Positions 10,301-20,088 of a DNA stretch of 64,000 nt are shown here, in pieces. Made by a program: the position numbers and the translations under genes. The stretch's first letter is position 1; the number at the start of each line of letters is the position of its first letter. The notes under the pieces were generated by a model. The model was not told where the DNA came from, ran no database searches, and saw only the letters and a list, made by a program, of their open reading frames with translations. The DNA comes from Opitutaceae bacterium (GTDB lineage: Bacteria; Verrucomicrobiota; Verrucomicrobiia; Opitutales; Coraliomargaritaceae), in the NCBI GenBank assembly GCA_051252375.1, contig JBPOFY010000005.1, forward strand, positions 64,001 to 128,000. Direction: 5' to 3'.

Positions 10301-12069
10301 CCAAGTCTGGTGACAACCCAATGACTCTGTCCGGTGCCAATACTTACACCGGCAAGACAGTCGTCGAGGGATCTTATCTCGTCATCGACGATGAGGCCGA
10401 TCTTGGCGCCAATCCTGTAGCTATCGCTGCTGATCACCTCACGCTCGACGGTGGTGGTCTACGTGCAGCCGCTGCACTCACTATCGACGATGCCAACCGT
10501 GGTATCACGCTGCTGGATGGCGGTGGTCTTATCGACTATAACTTGCTTGAAATGACAGTCGCCGCACCGATCACCGGCAGCGGTTCCCTGTCTGTCACAG
10601 GTACGGCCGGAGCTGGTGCGGGCTTCCTCGAATTGACTGGTGCGAACGACTATACTGGAGAGACCGTCATCGCCCAAGGCAGCCTGAAAGTCGGCAGCAC
10701 GGCCAATCTCCCCGACACCAGTAATCTGAGACTTAATGGCGTCGGCATCCTATTGATCGATGGCGACCTCGACATTCCCGACACTACTGCTGACTTTACC
10801 CGTGCACTCGGCACAGGTGCTGGCGAGATACAGTTTACGAATGGTGGTGGCTTTTCGGCTTCCGGTGATGACCGAATCGTCAATATCGGCGGCGCGGGCG
10901 CAGATCTCACTTGGGGTGTTGGTGGCTTCATGCCCGAAACCAGTCCGAGTGCCTTCACCTTCTTCCTCTCCTCAGCTGAGGCCACACATACGACGACCTT
11001 GGTCAACGGCCTAGTCTTGCCAGACACGGCAAACTACGGTGTGGCCACCATCAACAGTGCTGCTGAACTCGATGCTGTGATCAGCGGTGATATTTCCGGC
11101 ACTGGCGGTCTACGGGTTCGCTTCAGCGGCACTTTGGCGCTGGAGGGCGCCAACTCCTATGAGGGTGTCACCAGAATTGATGATGACGGAACACTACTCG
11201 TCAATGGCGATCAGTCCGGCGCGACCGGCGCAGTCATAGCGGAAGTCAATTCAACACTTGGCGGTATCGGCACCATCGGCGGTGCCATTACAATCGATGA
11301 CGGCGCCACGCTCGCTCCAGGAGCCAGTGTGGGCACGCTGACGGCTGCCAACGGCGTCACCTTCAGCAACAACTCCAACTTCGCCGTCGAAATCGACAGC
11401 TCGGTCCCAAGTGCCGACAAGCTTGTCGTTAACACGAGCCCCATCTCCATCGGAACTGGCGTCGTCCTCGACATCACCGATATCGCAGGTTCACCGGTGG
11501 CTTTAGCCGGCGGCACTAAGTTGACCATTATTGACTATACTGGCACCACACTTACCGGCACCTTCGATGGCATTGCGGATGGCGATACTATAATGATCGG
11601 TTCACAAGATTTCATCCTCGATTACGATGATGGCACCACCGTTACCCTCACTGCACAGGCTGCTGCCACAGGTTACGCAGTCTGGTCCGGTGGAGCGGAC
11701 TTCGCTGTTGATACCAATGGCGACGGCGTGGACAATGGTTTGGCCTTCTTGCTCGGTGCTGCCGACGTGAATGCCAACGCCATCGACCTTCTGCCTACCT
11801 CCACAGAGAGTGGCGGGGACCTAGTGATGACCTTCAGCGTGCTGAATGCCGCAAACCGCGGCACCGCAGAGCTTGCGATTGAGCACAGCAACGACCTCAC
11901 TGGTTTGTGGTCTACCGCAACAACGGTTCCTGAGACAAGCAGCACAGTTGACGACATTGTCTTCGCGGTCACTCCTGACGGCGACATGAATGACGTGATC
12001 GCCACGATCCCGTCGACAAAGGCTGCCGGTGGTAAGCTCTTCGGCCGTGTGGTCGGAACCAATCCGTAA
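7342..12069 (+). CDS. secreted PATR-repeat protein, 1575 aa, paralogue of 3609..6551
   Basis: Sec signal (LSSCAFA-Q); many G.LTK.G...L.G.NTYTG.T.V-type repeats; LAPGASVGTLT beta-helix end; last 133 aa nearly identical to the upstream gene. Start may be 7348. Confidence 0.87.
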   Translation: MIMNRFYPVAAAFLALSSCAFAQLTWDPDTDLINDGGAGTWDTTSTFWDNGGSNVVWDASGATEAIFGDAGVDYIVDIADGGLSVGDLTVEPGTGKVSFRSVTDNLGQLNIGGAGATWDTGGRELELVNDQANDTPVSVVGTATLAIIGDGEFDTGEKPNGANWNVPLATLDVQSATLVRGNVGSIGQFATVKMADGSTFSAERNSDQTYNNNWELGASATDNTNFSRSWNARTATYAGIVSGAGGMTIATDGSGYSSFTGANTFTGKVVINGRMRVTNGAIGVAPGSVVTDQITIDGGRLSGQDTSININQGITVGAGGATLSADATWFNIDSVITGSAGGDVTITGSGRTEFLGVTNTYDGRTIVDGGELRINNDDNLGAVPGAPDADNIILKNGGEIYSAGVTYNSNRGVTLENGGGFLLTSGSSTYGGAITGTGGLQIGRDEFLANFFILTSDTSDYTGGTRVRRGRLQLGVDEALPADTVVTIGGVGVTSAPSRFLLDGFSQTIGGLDTIGNNNSRDMWNGEGTGAPDLGNTGELIINVADTEAYVFNTTFGSNAAQERGNFNLIKNGLGSQQLNNVFIGGTVTMNDGTLLIGNNNGGANTGAVTITGGLLQIADDLTAPSITNTGGTLSIGNGGTGGTIVGDPALVIDGTLLFDRSDALTYSGDISGLGGIQVDGGGTITLTGTNTFTGAADVIDGILIAPTAASLPDYSKISVAANERFEVPFDGAAWTSANIASLSSTANWLDPSAYLALNISAGPISLADDASGLHGLWVQGGSELTLGAAQTYTGPTRVFSGTIKLTGDNQLPAGTQLTLGGSGTSAFDLASFNQTITGLDTQAFNTRFIDNTSASASTLTINVPADTAYSYGANIQETGTGAINIVKTGDGEQGFDKTTVTSYTGSATVTAGTLGFRSPVLDTTLISVATGATFRVDAGDVSEWLMTDIDTLFANATFTAGSSLGVRTNDDAFDYTSNIIGDIGLTKSGDNPMTLSGANTYTGKTVVEGSYLVIDDEADLGANPVAIAADHLTLDGGGLRAAAALTIDDANRGITLLDGGGLIDYNLLEMTVAAPITGSGSLSVTGTAGAGAGFLELTGANDYTGETVIAQGSLKVGSTANLPDTSNLRLNGVGILLIDGDLDIPDTTADFTRALGTGAGEIQFTNGGGFSASGDDRIVNIGGAGADLTWGVGGFMPETSPSAFTFFLSSAEATHTTTLVNGLVLPDTANYGVATINSAAELDAVISGDISGTGGLRVRFSGTLALEGANSYEGVTRIDDDGTLLVNGDQSGATGAVIAEVNSTLGGIGTIGGAITIDDGATLAPGASVGTLTAANGVTFSNNSNFAVEIDSSVPSADKLVVNTSPISIGTGVVLDITDIAGSPVALAGGTKLTIIDYTGTTLTGTFDGIADGDTIMIGSQDFILDYDDGTTVTLTAQAAATGYAVWSGGADFAVDTNGDGVDNGLAFLLGAADVNANAIDLLPTSTESGGDLVMTFSVLNAANRGTAELAIEHSNDLTGLWSTATTVPETSSTVDDIVFAVTPDGDMNDVIATIPSTKAAGGKLFGRVVGTNP

Positions 12070-12352
12070 GCGTCCCCCGAAGAACTAAACGAATCTCAAA
12101 GCCCGTCTCCAATAGGAGGCGGGCTTTTTCTTTGTAGGCTTTACTCTACACAGACCCCAATCGTGACGATTGAGGCTATAAGTTTTATGCTTAACCAGGA
12201 TCAGAATAATAAGCGCACATTAGCGAGAATCAGCGGTCTCCAGCTCTGCTGGACATCTTTGTAAAATCTAAAACTTGTTCGATGGTGGAGTTTGACTACG
12301 AAAAACGCGAAAGTCGCGAAAGGGTGGTGGAGGGAAAAACTGAAAGCTGAAA
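11667..12352 (+). repeat. direct repeat copy 2 (~686 bp)
   Basis: See copy 1; offset 5518-5519 bp. Confidence 0.95.
12098..12129 (+). terminator. Rho-independent terminator (identical to 6580-6611)
   Basis: Same hairpin and T-run. Confidence 0.85.
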
Positions 12353-12426
12353 CAAACGCAATCGTGGCGCAACATTCGGGCGAAGCCCTATTTTAGCTCT
12401 CAACTTTCAGATTTCAGTTTTTAGGT

Positions 12427-13086
12427 TTAGTCTCCCTCCTCTACATCAAATTCTTGATGCGCTAAGCGATCGCGGTAAACCCCGCCGATCAATCTGCCGT
12501 TAAACAAGATGCCATAAGCACCCAGTGCACTACCCAGTATCCAAGAGCCCGCAAAAGCTTCCTCTAGCATAGAGGTCAGGACCGAGAGCCCGCCATATGC
12601 GAGCACCATGACGATATAAGCCCAGCCAGCAGAGCGAATTGCATTCACCAGCACCACAGGATTGAAAAGCTGCATGGTTTCATCCATCGCCACGATCATT
12701 AAGCCCAGCGGCATGTAGCAAAACGCGAGCGCCAGTAGGAGCAATTGAATCGAGCTCTCAGGGAAGTCTGTCTGCCAAATATATAGGAAGTAGGGCAAGA
12801 AACTGATGATGCTGACCAAGATCACCTTCAGTAGCGGGATCAGCACGTTTTCAAACAAGTCCTCAAAATCCGGAAACTCCGGAGCATCGGCGTAGCCGTT
12901 CCCCGTGGTGAAAATTATCTTAAACTGCGTGGCATAGATATAGCCGATAAACAGAAAAGTGATTAACCCAAAGACCGGCACGTAGCTGATGCAATATTGC
13001 AGCAGATAAAGCACCACCAACCCGAAGAACATTTTCAGGCTAGTATTTTTCAAAGGAAAGAAGATGGCTTCCGATACAATCGACAT
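12427..13086 (-). CDS. integral membrane protein (DUF4013-like)
   Basis: Several hydrophobic segments; AIFFPLK start, GY motif and PEFPDF loop resemble DUF4013. Confidence 0.55.
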   Translation of the reverse strand: MSIVSEAIFFPLKNTSLKMFFGLVVLYLLQYCISYVPVFGLITFLFIGYIYATQFKIIFTTGNGYADAPEFPDFEDLFENVLIPLLKVILVSIISFLPYFLYIWQTDFPESSIQLLLLALAFCYMPLGLMIVAMDETMQLFNPVVLVNAIRSAGWAYIVMVLAYGGLSVLTSMLEEAFAGSWILGSALGAYGILFNGRLIGGVYRDRLAHQEFDVEEGD

Positions 13087-13292
13087 TCCTTTGTATCATC
13101 ATATTTTCAATAGGATGTCACTGGAATTTTATAGCAAAAGCACAAGAGCACACCAAGAGGAGAGTGGGGGGTCTGATGGAGGTCTCACGCAGGGACGCAG
13201 AGACGCCGGGGCTAAGAGGTGCGGGGATTTGTCTAAAGAGGTTGGGTGATGAGTCCCAGATTATGCGAAGACAATGTCTCTTATGTGGCTCT

Positions 13293-14186
13293 CTATCCGT
13301 TCAGTTTCTCTTTAAAAAACGCAATGGTCCGTTGCCAAGATAGTTTGGCTGCTGCTTCGTCGTATCGAGGTGTGGTATCATTGTGGAATCCGTGATTCGC
13401 TTCTGGATAAAAATGCACTGTGTAGTCGATCTGGTTGGCGTCTAGCGCCTTTTGGTAGTCGGGCCAGCCTGCATTCACCCGCTTGTCTAATTCACCGTAG
13501 TGGATGAGTAGGGAGCCTTTAATCTTAGCCACATCAGCAGCCACAGGTTGACGACCATAGTAGGGGACTGCGGCTTTGATGATTTCTGGCAAACTGACTG
13601 CGAGCGCATTGGAAACCGCACCGCCGAAGCAAAATCCGACCACCCCGACTTGACCATTACACTCGGGGTGTTCGTGTAGGAAATGTGTCGCTGCAACAAA
13701 GTCTTCAGCCATTTTCCCTCCATCCAGTTGGCGCTGCATCGCTTTACCTTCTTCGTCGGAACCTGGATAGCCGCCGAGCGGCGTGAGGGCATCCGGTGCG
13801 AAGGCGACAAAGCCTGCCAGTGCGACACGGCGCGCCACATCTTCGATGTAGGGGTTGAGACCGCGATTTTCATGCACGACCAAAACGCCGGGAAGTTTCT
13901 CGGTGGCACCTGCGGGGCGAGCGAGGAGCCCCTTCATTGTGCCATGACCTTCTGGAGAGGGGTATTCCACATACTGGCTTACCACGCGTTCATCACTCAA
14001 CGGCACTTGTTGAGCATGCACATAATTCGGGCTGAGCATTTTTAAAAGTGCAACCGCGGTGATGCCACCGGCCGCATATTTCCCCGCCTGATTCAAAAAG
14101 CTACGCCGATCAATCAAGCCGTGTGCATAGTGATCATACAGATCCAGTAGTTCTTGTGGGAAGTCGGCAGCAGTTTTTCGTTTCAT
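13293..14186 (-). CDS. dienelactone hydrolase family protein (YghX-like)
   Basis: [14 protein letters not shown] nucleophile and [13 protein letters not shown]-terminal YDxYAHG..DRRSFL twin-arginine-like segment. Confidence 0.9.
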   Translation of the reverse strand: MKRKTAADFPQELLDLYDHYAHGLIDRRSFLNQAGKYAAGGITAVALLKMLSPNYVHAQQVPLSDERVVSQYVEYPSPEGHGTMKGLLARPAGATEKLPGVLVVHENRGLNPYIEDVARRVALAGFVAFAPDALTPLGGYPGSDEEGKAMQRQLDGGKMAEDFVAATHFLHEHPECNGQVGVVGFCFGGAVSNALAVSLPEIIKAAVPYYGRQPVAADVAKIKGSLLIHYGELDKRVNAGWPDYQKALDANQIDYTVHFYPEANHGFHNDTTPRYDEAAAKLSWQRTIAFFKEKLNG

Positions 14187-14315
14187 AAGTGAGGTATTTT
14201 GATGGAACTAATGCAGTTGAAGGGATCTGTCAAATGGCAGCGTTGTAAGCCTCCTTATCTTCGTGCCTCTGTGCGAGGTTTTAACGTTTGGATCACCTTC
14301 ACCCTCACTAAAGGT

Positions 14316-15134
14316 TTATTTCGCTAAGGGACGGAATGAATCTTTGGCGATCCAGCCGGTGATTTGAGACTCGGTTTTGACTTGGTAGAATTCGTTGTGT
14401 TGGTCGAGAATTTGGGCGCGTTCGCCGGGGCGTGCGATGCCGCTGGTGGGGGCGGCGCTGGCGGGGGCGGCGTGGAGCTCGGTGGATTCCTCATTTACGA
14501 CGATACCAATGGCTTGCATTTGATAGTTGAGCCAGAGCGCGGGCGCAGAAAGGAGGAGGGCGAGTAGGCTGATCAGGCGAATCGCTTTAATGCCGATGTT
14601 GATTTGCAGTCCGCCGATGCGGGGGAGGCAGAGCGCTGCGAGTAAGAGCCAGAAGCTGGTGGTCGCGAGCGCAATCCAGATTTTGGTGGTGAGGAGCTGC
14701 GCGGCGATTTGATACCATTCGGGCTCGTGTTCGAACAGACCGAGCTGTTGGCGGAGTGCGCCGAGCTTGTAGTGATATTCAGTTTTAAGTGGGTCGATTC
14801 GGAGGGCGCGCTCGATCTGCCAGGCGGCTTCGGCGGGCTGTCCAAGTTGGAAATAGGTGAGCGCTAGGTTGTGGCGAGCGGCTGCGGTCTCGCCGGATGA
14901 AAGTGAGCCTTCAAAATACTTAAGCGCTTGTTCGTAATTTCCTTTTTCGTAGAAATCGACGCCGCCATGGAATTCGTTCGCATCGCTGACGCTGGTGAGA
15001 GTGATGGTGAGGAGTGCTAGGAATGCGTATAGGGTAGGGCGTGCTCTCCGAGCGCGCCGCTGTCTTGGGAGGCTTTGCGATGAGCCGAGCTTTGAGACAA
15101 ATCGCCCTACCTTTGAAATGAATGATTGGTTCAT
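14316..15134 (-). CDS. batE: BatE-like TPR + SH3 protein
   Basis: TPR (HNLALTYFQLG..AEA), two TM helices, C-terminal SH3-like GWI; last gene of the Bat operon; ATGA overlap with batD. Confidence 0.7.
   Translation of the reverse strand: MNQSFISKVGRFVSKLGSSQSLPRQRRARRARPTLYAFLALLTITLTSVSDANEFHGGVDFYEKGNYEQALKYFEGSLSSGETAAARHNLALTYFQLGQPAEAAWQIERALRIDPLKTEYHYKLGALRQQLGLFEHEPEWYQIAAQLLTTKIWIALATTSFWLLLAALCLPRIGGLQINIGIKAIRLISLLALLLSAPALWLNYQMQAIGIVVNEESTELHAAPASAAPTSGIARPGERAQILDQHNEFYQVKTESQITGWIAKDSFRPLAK
15033..15111. repeat. inverted GTAG-REP doublet inside the batE 5' region
   Basis: ggtagggcgtgctctccgagcgcgcc ... gccgagctttgagacaaatcgccctacc; 9-bp perfect inverted termini GGTAGGGCG/CGCCCTACC; related intergenic copy at 41786-41811. 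Confidence 0.75.
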
Positions 15135-16966
15135 AGTGCTTTTAGAATGGTGTCCAGTTGTTGGCGGGCGGTGCGGAGGTCGGCTTGCTGGGTTTGTCCG
15201 GAGAAGCGGAGTGCGTCGGCTTGTTCAAAGATCTGACGTGTCAGCGGGGCGATAGCTTCGGGGAGCAGGGGCTCGAGTTGCGCGAGCTCGGCGGCGCGGA
15301 GATTTTGCCGGTAGCGTTTCGTGGCGGCGAGTCGGACGGCGTCTTGCGCGTGACGATAGAAGTCGGCGGCATTGCCTTGGCTCTCGGCATGTTTCGCCTC
15401 GCCGAGGGTTGCTTTGAGCTCTGCCTTGGCCGCTTGTTGTTGGGCGTATTCGGGGTCGGTGGCTAGGCGTTTGCTTTTGCGGAGGATCGCGCCGCAGATG
15501 ATGAGCGCGATGAGCGCGCTGCCGTTGGCGAGATAGAATCGTGGTGCCTTGAGGAGTGCGAAGCCGGTGGTGCGTGGTGTCTCTGGGCGGTAGTCTAGTG
15601 TGAGCAGGGCTTCTTCCGGTGAGAGGGTTGGCTGGAGTGGTGTGCTTGCATCGGAGGCTTGCGAGTTGGATCCAGCGGTCTGCGCGGGTGCTGGCAATTG
15701 TGGTTGGAGTGAGGGGGCGACTTCGATCGCGATGGGTGGGACGCTGAGCTCGATGTATTTTTTATCTATGGGATCGAAGTAGCTGAATTTGACTTCAGGT
15801 AGCATGCGCTTGCCGGCTTTTTCAGGGATGAAGACGTAGTCGAAACGTTTCACGCCTTTGAGCTGGAGAGGGTCTTCCTTTTCCATGATCGCCTCGGGCG
15901 TGTAGTGGCGCCAGTCGCTGCTTTCGGGCAGCTCGGGACCAGTGATGCGATCGAAGTTACCTCTGCCGCTGACTTTAAGGGAGAGCATGATGGGCTCGCC
16001 AACGCGGCTGGTTTCAGTGTCGGCATAGACTTGGATGCTGAAGTTGCCGATCGCGCCGCTGAAACTATCCGGTTTATCGGTTTCGGGGAGTGGGAGGACT
16101 TCGATTTCGGTGGGGTCGGTGTAGAGATTGAAGCGTTCGGAACGGTTGTTAAAAAAGTTGTCGAATACACTGCTGCCGAACCCGTTGTTGCGGTTTTGAT
16201 TTTGTGCGGGGAGTTGAGCGACTACGGAAAATTCAAAGTTGAGGCTTTGTTTGCCGCTTTGGATTGGGGTGATGGTGATTGGCCAGTTGATGACTTGATA
16301 GCGGTTGTTATTCACACGCTCAGTGCTTTGGGTGGCGTCGGGGAGTTCGCTGACGGTGAACCCGTCGGCGTTGCGGTCGAAGCTTTCGTAGCCACGGTAG
16401 CGAACTTGCTCGTGAACATAGAGCTTGAGTTGGATGGGGGTGGTTTGGCCGATATAGAGTTGCTCCGGTGCTGCGGCTTTGAGGAAGATCAATTCGTTGA
16501 CGGGAGGGGGCGCGTTGGCGTCGCGCTCGACCACGGTGAGGGTGGCGGCGGGCGCGGTGTAGGTTTCGCCTTTGTAAGTGAATCGGTAGCTGGGGATCGT
16601 GAAGTTGCCGACTCGTGGTGCGGTGGCTTCGATGATGAGATTCTGAGTGACGGTGTGAGTGACCGACGTGTTGACGATTCTCGATTGCTGGCTGTTGGTG
16701 ACGCGTCCGTTGCGGAGGGTGAGCCCACCGCTTTGTGAGATGGGGAGAGAGGTCATGCGCTCGGGCGTCGGCTTTTCGCTGCTGCTGGTCTCAGCAATGG
16801 CGACGATGTATTGCGCAGTGTCGCCGAGCGCGATGCGGGCTGGCTGGAAGCTTGTGCTGACGGTGATCTCGGCCTGCGCGGCGTGGGTGGCTAGCAGGAT
16901 GAGAATGGCGCAGGGGAGGACAGACAGGAATGTCTGTTTTACGGAAAGGATGCTTTGAAGTTTCAT
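15131..16966 (-). CDS. batD: BatD family protein
   Basis: Signal peptide, Ig-like repeats, FSGAIGNF and GEPI.L.LKVSG.GN motifs, FSYFDP, C-terminal TM; operon context. Confidence 0.85.
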   Translation of the reverse strand: MKLQSILSVKQTFLSVLPCAILILLATHAAQAEITVSTSFQPARIALGDTAQYIVAIAETSSSEKPTPERMTSLPISQSGGLTLRNGRVTNSQQSRIVNTSVTHTVTQNLIIEATAPRVGNFTIPSYRFTYKGETYTAPAATLTVVERDANAPPPVNELIFLKAAAPEQLYIGQTTPIQLKLYVHEQVRYRGYESFDRNADGFTVSELPDATQSTERVNNNRYQVINWPITITPIQSGKQSLNFEFSVVAQLPAQNQNRNNGFGSSVFDNFFNNRSERFNLYTDPTEIEVLPLPETDKPDSFSGAIGNFSIQVYADTETSRVGEPIMLSLKVSGRGNFDRITGPELPESSDWRHYTPEAIMEKEDPLQLKGVKRFDYVFIPEKAGKRMLPEVKFSYFDPIDKKYIELSVPPIAIEVAPSLQPQLPAPAQTAGSNSQASDASTPLQPTLSPEEALLTLDYRPETPRTTGFALLKAPRFYLANGSALIALIICGAILRKSKRLATDPEYAQQQAAKAELKATLGEAKHAESQGNAADFYRHAQDAVRLAATKRYRQNLRAAELAQLEPLLPEAIAPLTRQIFEQADALRFSGQTQQADLRTARQQLDTILKAL

Positions 16967-16981
16967 TGCTTAAAAAATAAA

Positions 16982-19054
16982 TTACCAGTCGCGGACTTCG
17001 CCTCGGTTACGTGGGGCGGGTTGATCGATAAAGTGGAGTAGCTTTTCGCCGTCACGTAGGCTTTCGAGGAGGGCGGTGGCATCTTCTTGAGTCATGCCTT
17101 CCATTTGCATGGCTTGTCCGCCGGCTTGAGTGCCTGCTGCCTCGCCTTCTGAGGGTTCACCTTCGGTGGGCTGTGGAGCTTCGCCTTGCTCGCCTGCTTC
17201 TTCGGATTCTTCTTCGCCGGGTTGTGGTTGCGGGATGTCGTCGACAGGGTCTTCGGTGGATTCTTCTTCGCTTGCGCCGGACTGATTTTGCTCGTCCTTG
17301 GAAGGTTCGCCTTCATTGCCCTGCTCGGAGGATTGTTGTTCTGAAGACTCCTGGTTTTCGGAGTTCTCACCTTGTTTTGAATCTTGCTGTTCTCCTTGCT
17401 CAGAGTTTTCGCCATCCTGTTGATCTTGATTCTGCTGATCCTGATTTTCTTGGTCTTCGCCATTCTCAGAATCTTGCTGCTCTTGGTTTTGCTCTTCGGA
17501 AGATTGTGAATCGTCGGACTCTTGTTGGTTTTGCTCGGAGTCGTCTTGACTCTCTTCGGAGTCTTCCGACTCGTCTTGATTCTCCTGGTTTTGCTCCTGC
17601 TGTTGTTCTTGGATGGCTTCCATGGCTTCGCGAACAGCTTTTACTTTTTCTAAATCTTCGGTTGCAGCTTGGTCGTTGGGATCAACTTCAATGGCGGATT
17701 GAAAGAGTGCTTCGGCTTCTTTGATTTGTTCGATGGCGGCAGGGAGGTCGCCGGAGTCGTAGGTTTGGCGGCTGGTTTGATAAGTGCTGTGACCTAAGTT
17801 GTAGAGTGCATCGCGCTGTAGCTGTAAGTCGGCGGTATGGGCAATGCTGTTTTGGTAGAGCTTCTGTGCTTCTTCGTGTTCACCTGCGGTGAGGGCTTCG
17901 TATGCTTGGTTGTAGGTAATCCGCGCGTCTTCGGGGATTTCAGTTTCCAGTTCCAATGTGTCAGTTGTGAGATCTGAAATAGGTGTTTCGATCGCCTGTG
18001 CTTGTGTGTCTGTTGGAGTGACTGTGAGTAGTGCGGCAAACAGGAGGGCGGCATGAATGGAGGCGTTGCCGCGTCGGCGTATTAGGATTTCCAATACAAG
18101 GAAAAAGATGGCTGCGGCGAGGACCCATTGGAAGCGCTCAATAGGGCTTTCCTGTAGCTCGGCTTCGCGTTCTTCGCGGGGGAGTGTGGCGATGACGGAG
18201 TTGTAGAGGGAGTTGAGTGACTCGGAACTGAGCCGACTATATGTGCCACCGGTGACTTGAGCAATTTGTTGTAGGGTGGCTTCGTCGAGTTGGCTGCGAA
18301 CGGGTTGGCCTTGAGCGTCGCGAATGAATTCTTCTTTGCCTTCGGCGTTTCTAATGCGGAGGTATTCACCTTCAGGGGTGCCGATGCCGATGGCATAGAC
18401 CTTGATGCCGTTTTCGGCTGCTGCTTTGGCTGTTTCAATCGCGGTGCCGCCGAGGTCTTCGCCGTCGGTGAGGAGAATGATGACTTTAAAGTTGTTGTCT
18501 TTAGGGAAAGCTTTCTCGGCTTCTTTTAGGGCGTTGCCTAGATCGCTACCACCACTGGTCATGGTTTCGGGACCGATTGAATCGAGGCTTTCGCGAAAGG
18601 CGGAATAATCGAGAGTGGGAGGGGTTTGAAGAAAGGCGCGACCGGCGAAGGCGACGAGTCCGATACGGTCGCTGTCGAGGCGCTCCGTGAGGTCGATGAC
18701 AGCGAGTTTCGCGCGGTCGAGCCGCGTGGGGCGCATGTCGGTAGCGAGCATACTTTTGGAGCTGTCGAGGACGAAGACGATGTCGAGCCCGCGGGCTTTA
18801 CGCTCGGACCATTCGACGCCGTATTGTGGCCGTGCCAGTGCAATGCCGAGTGCGGCGAGACCGATAAGGAGGCACAGCGCTTTGAGTAAGGTGCGGGTGT
18901 GGCTGGCCTTTTCGGTGAGTTGACCGAGTAGTCGGGTGGCGGCGAATTTGCCAAGCAAGGTTTCGCGACGGCGCAATCCGAATGCGATCATGCCTGCCGC
19001 GATCAGGACGATTGCGGGTGTGATGTAAAGCCAGACTGTGTGCTCAAAATTCAT
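16982..19054 (-). CDS. batB: BatB-BatC-like fusion: VWA + TPR + acidic Q/E-rich linker
   Basis: [33 protein letters not shown]; long Q/E/S/D low-complexity tract; ends RDW. Confidence 0.85.
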   Translation of the reverse strand: MNFEHTVWLYITPAIVLIAAGMIAFGLRRRETLLGKFAATRLLGQLTEKASHTRTLLKALCLLIGLAALGIALARPQYGVEWSERKARGLDIVFVLDSSKSMLATDMRPTRLDRAKLAVIDLTERLDSDRIGLVAFAGRAFLQTPPTLDYSAFRESLDSIGPETMTSGGSDLGNALKEAEKAFPKDNNFKVIILLTDGEDLGGTAIETAKAAAENGIKVYAIGIGTPEGEYLRIRNAEGKEEFIRDAQGQPVRSQLDEATLQQIAQVTGGTYSRLSSESLNSLYNSVIATLPREEREAELQESPIERFQWVLAAAIFFLVLEILIRRRGNASIHAALLFAALLTVTPTDTQAQAIETPISDLTTDTLELETEIPEDARITYNQAYEALTAGEHEEAQKLYQNSIAHTADLQLQRDALYNLGHSTYQTSRQTYDSGDLPAAIEQIKEAEALFQSAIEVDPNDQAATEDLEKVKAVREAMEAIQEQQQEQNQENQDESEDSEESQDDSEQNQQESDDSQSSEEQNQEQQDSENGEDQENQDQQNQDQQDGENSEQGEQQDSKQGENSENQESSEQQSSEQGNEGEPSKDEQNQSGASEEESTEDPVDDIPQPQPGEEESEEAGEQGEAPQPTEGEPSEGEAAGTQAGGQAMQMEGMTQEDATALLESLRDGEKLLHFIDQPAPRNRGEVRDW

Positions 19055-20088
19055 GGAAGTCGGCGATAGCGGGTGTTGCGTAGAACTTGTTCGATGAAGA
19101 GAAGTCCGAGACCGATGACTGCGGGCCAGATAAAGAGTTCGGTGAATGTGGCGTATGAACGGAGTTCGATGGTGGTCTTTTCGAGCTCGTCAATTTCTTC
19201 GTAGATCTTTTCCAGGTCGCCGCTTTCGGTGGCGCGGAAAAAGAGCCCGCCAGTCATGTTGGCGATCTCGGTCAGTTCGGTTTCGTCGTAGTTGGATACC
19301 ATGGTGTTCCCTCGGTAAATGGGGCGGCCATCTTTATCGCGAATGACGAAGCCTTCGCGGGTGGTTTCGGGTGCGGGGACGCGGCCTTTTTTACCAGTGG
19401 CGATGGTATATATTTTGACGCCGTAGGTTTTGGCGGCTTCGGCGGCACCGAGTGGAGAGATGACCCCAGCATTGTTTTCACCGTCGGTTAGTAGAATAAC
19501 AATGCGGCTGCGGGCTTCGTGGTCGCGGAGTCGGTTGACGCTGGCTCCGATGGCTGTGCCGATGGCTGTGCCGCCGCCGTCGATCTCGCCGAGTTCGAGG
19601 CGTTGAAGGTTTTTCTTGAGCCAGTCGTGATTGAGGGTGAGGGGACTGACGACATAGGCTTCGGAGGCAAAAGCGACAATGCCGATACGGTCATAGGGGC
19701 GTTTAGCGATGAAGCTTTCGACCACGCGCTTGGCGGCATCGAGGCGGGTGACGACGTCTTCGCGAGTGGAGAGGTCGAGTGCGCGCATGGATCCTGAAAG
19801 GTCGAGCGTGACGACGATGTCGATGCCATCGGCGTCGGTGGTGTCGTTCATCTTGCCGAATTGCGGACGGGCAAGTGCAGTGATGAGTGCGGCGAGTGCC
19901 AGCAGGCGGAGCGCAAAGAGTAATTTGCCGGCACGGCTGCGGCGTTGATGGCTGACTGCTTTAACAAGAGCTGTGCTTGAAAAACGCACGGCGGCTTCTG
20001 GGCCCATGCGTCCGGCCCACCAGGCAAGCAAGGGTAGCGCCAGCAGTAACAAGAAATAGGCGGGATCTTGGAATTGAAAGAAGCTCAC
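19051..20088 (-). CDS. batA: BatA VWA-domain protein
   Basis: [38 protein letters not shown]. Confidence 0.9.
   Translation of the reverse strand: MSFFQFQDPAYFLLLLALPLLAWWAGRMGPEAAVRFSSTALVKAVSHQRRSRAGKLLFALRLLALAALITALARPQFGKMNDTTDADGIDIVVTLDLSGSMRALDLSTREDVVTRLDAAKRVVESFIAKRPYDRIGIVAFASEAYVVSPLTLNHDWLKKNLQRLELGEIDGGGTAIGTAIGASVNRLRDHEARSRIVILLTDGENNAGVISPLGAAEAAKTYGVKIYTIATGKKGRVPAPETTREGFVIRDKDGRPIYRGNTMVSNYDETELTEIANMTGGLFFRATESGDLEKIYEEIDELEKTTIELRSYATFTELFIWPAVIGLGLLFIEQVLRNTRYRRLP

Noticed and set aside
7342..12069. Horizontal acquisition of the PATR genes suggested by GC-rich codons
   Set aside because: Composition looks GC-rich by eye, but Gly/Ala/Thr bias could explain it; no integrase or att sites, and I cannot compute the statistics.
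6149..12352. Diversity-generating retroelement (TR/VR pair)
   Set aside because: Differences between the copies are few and not adenine-specific, both copies are coding 3' ends, and there is no reverse transcriptase in the window.
17173..17620. Low-complexity repeat-like DNA in batB
   Set aside because: Explained by the Q/E/S/D-rich linker typical of BatC-like regions.
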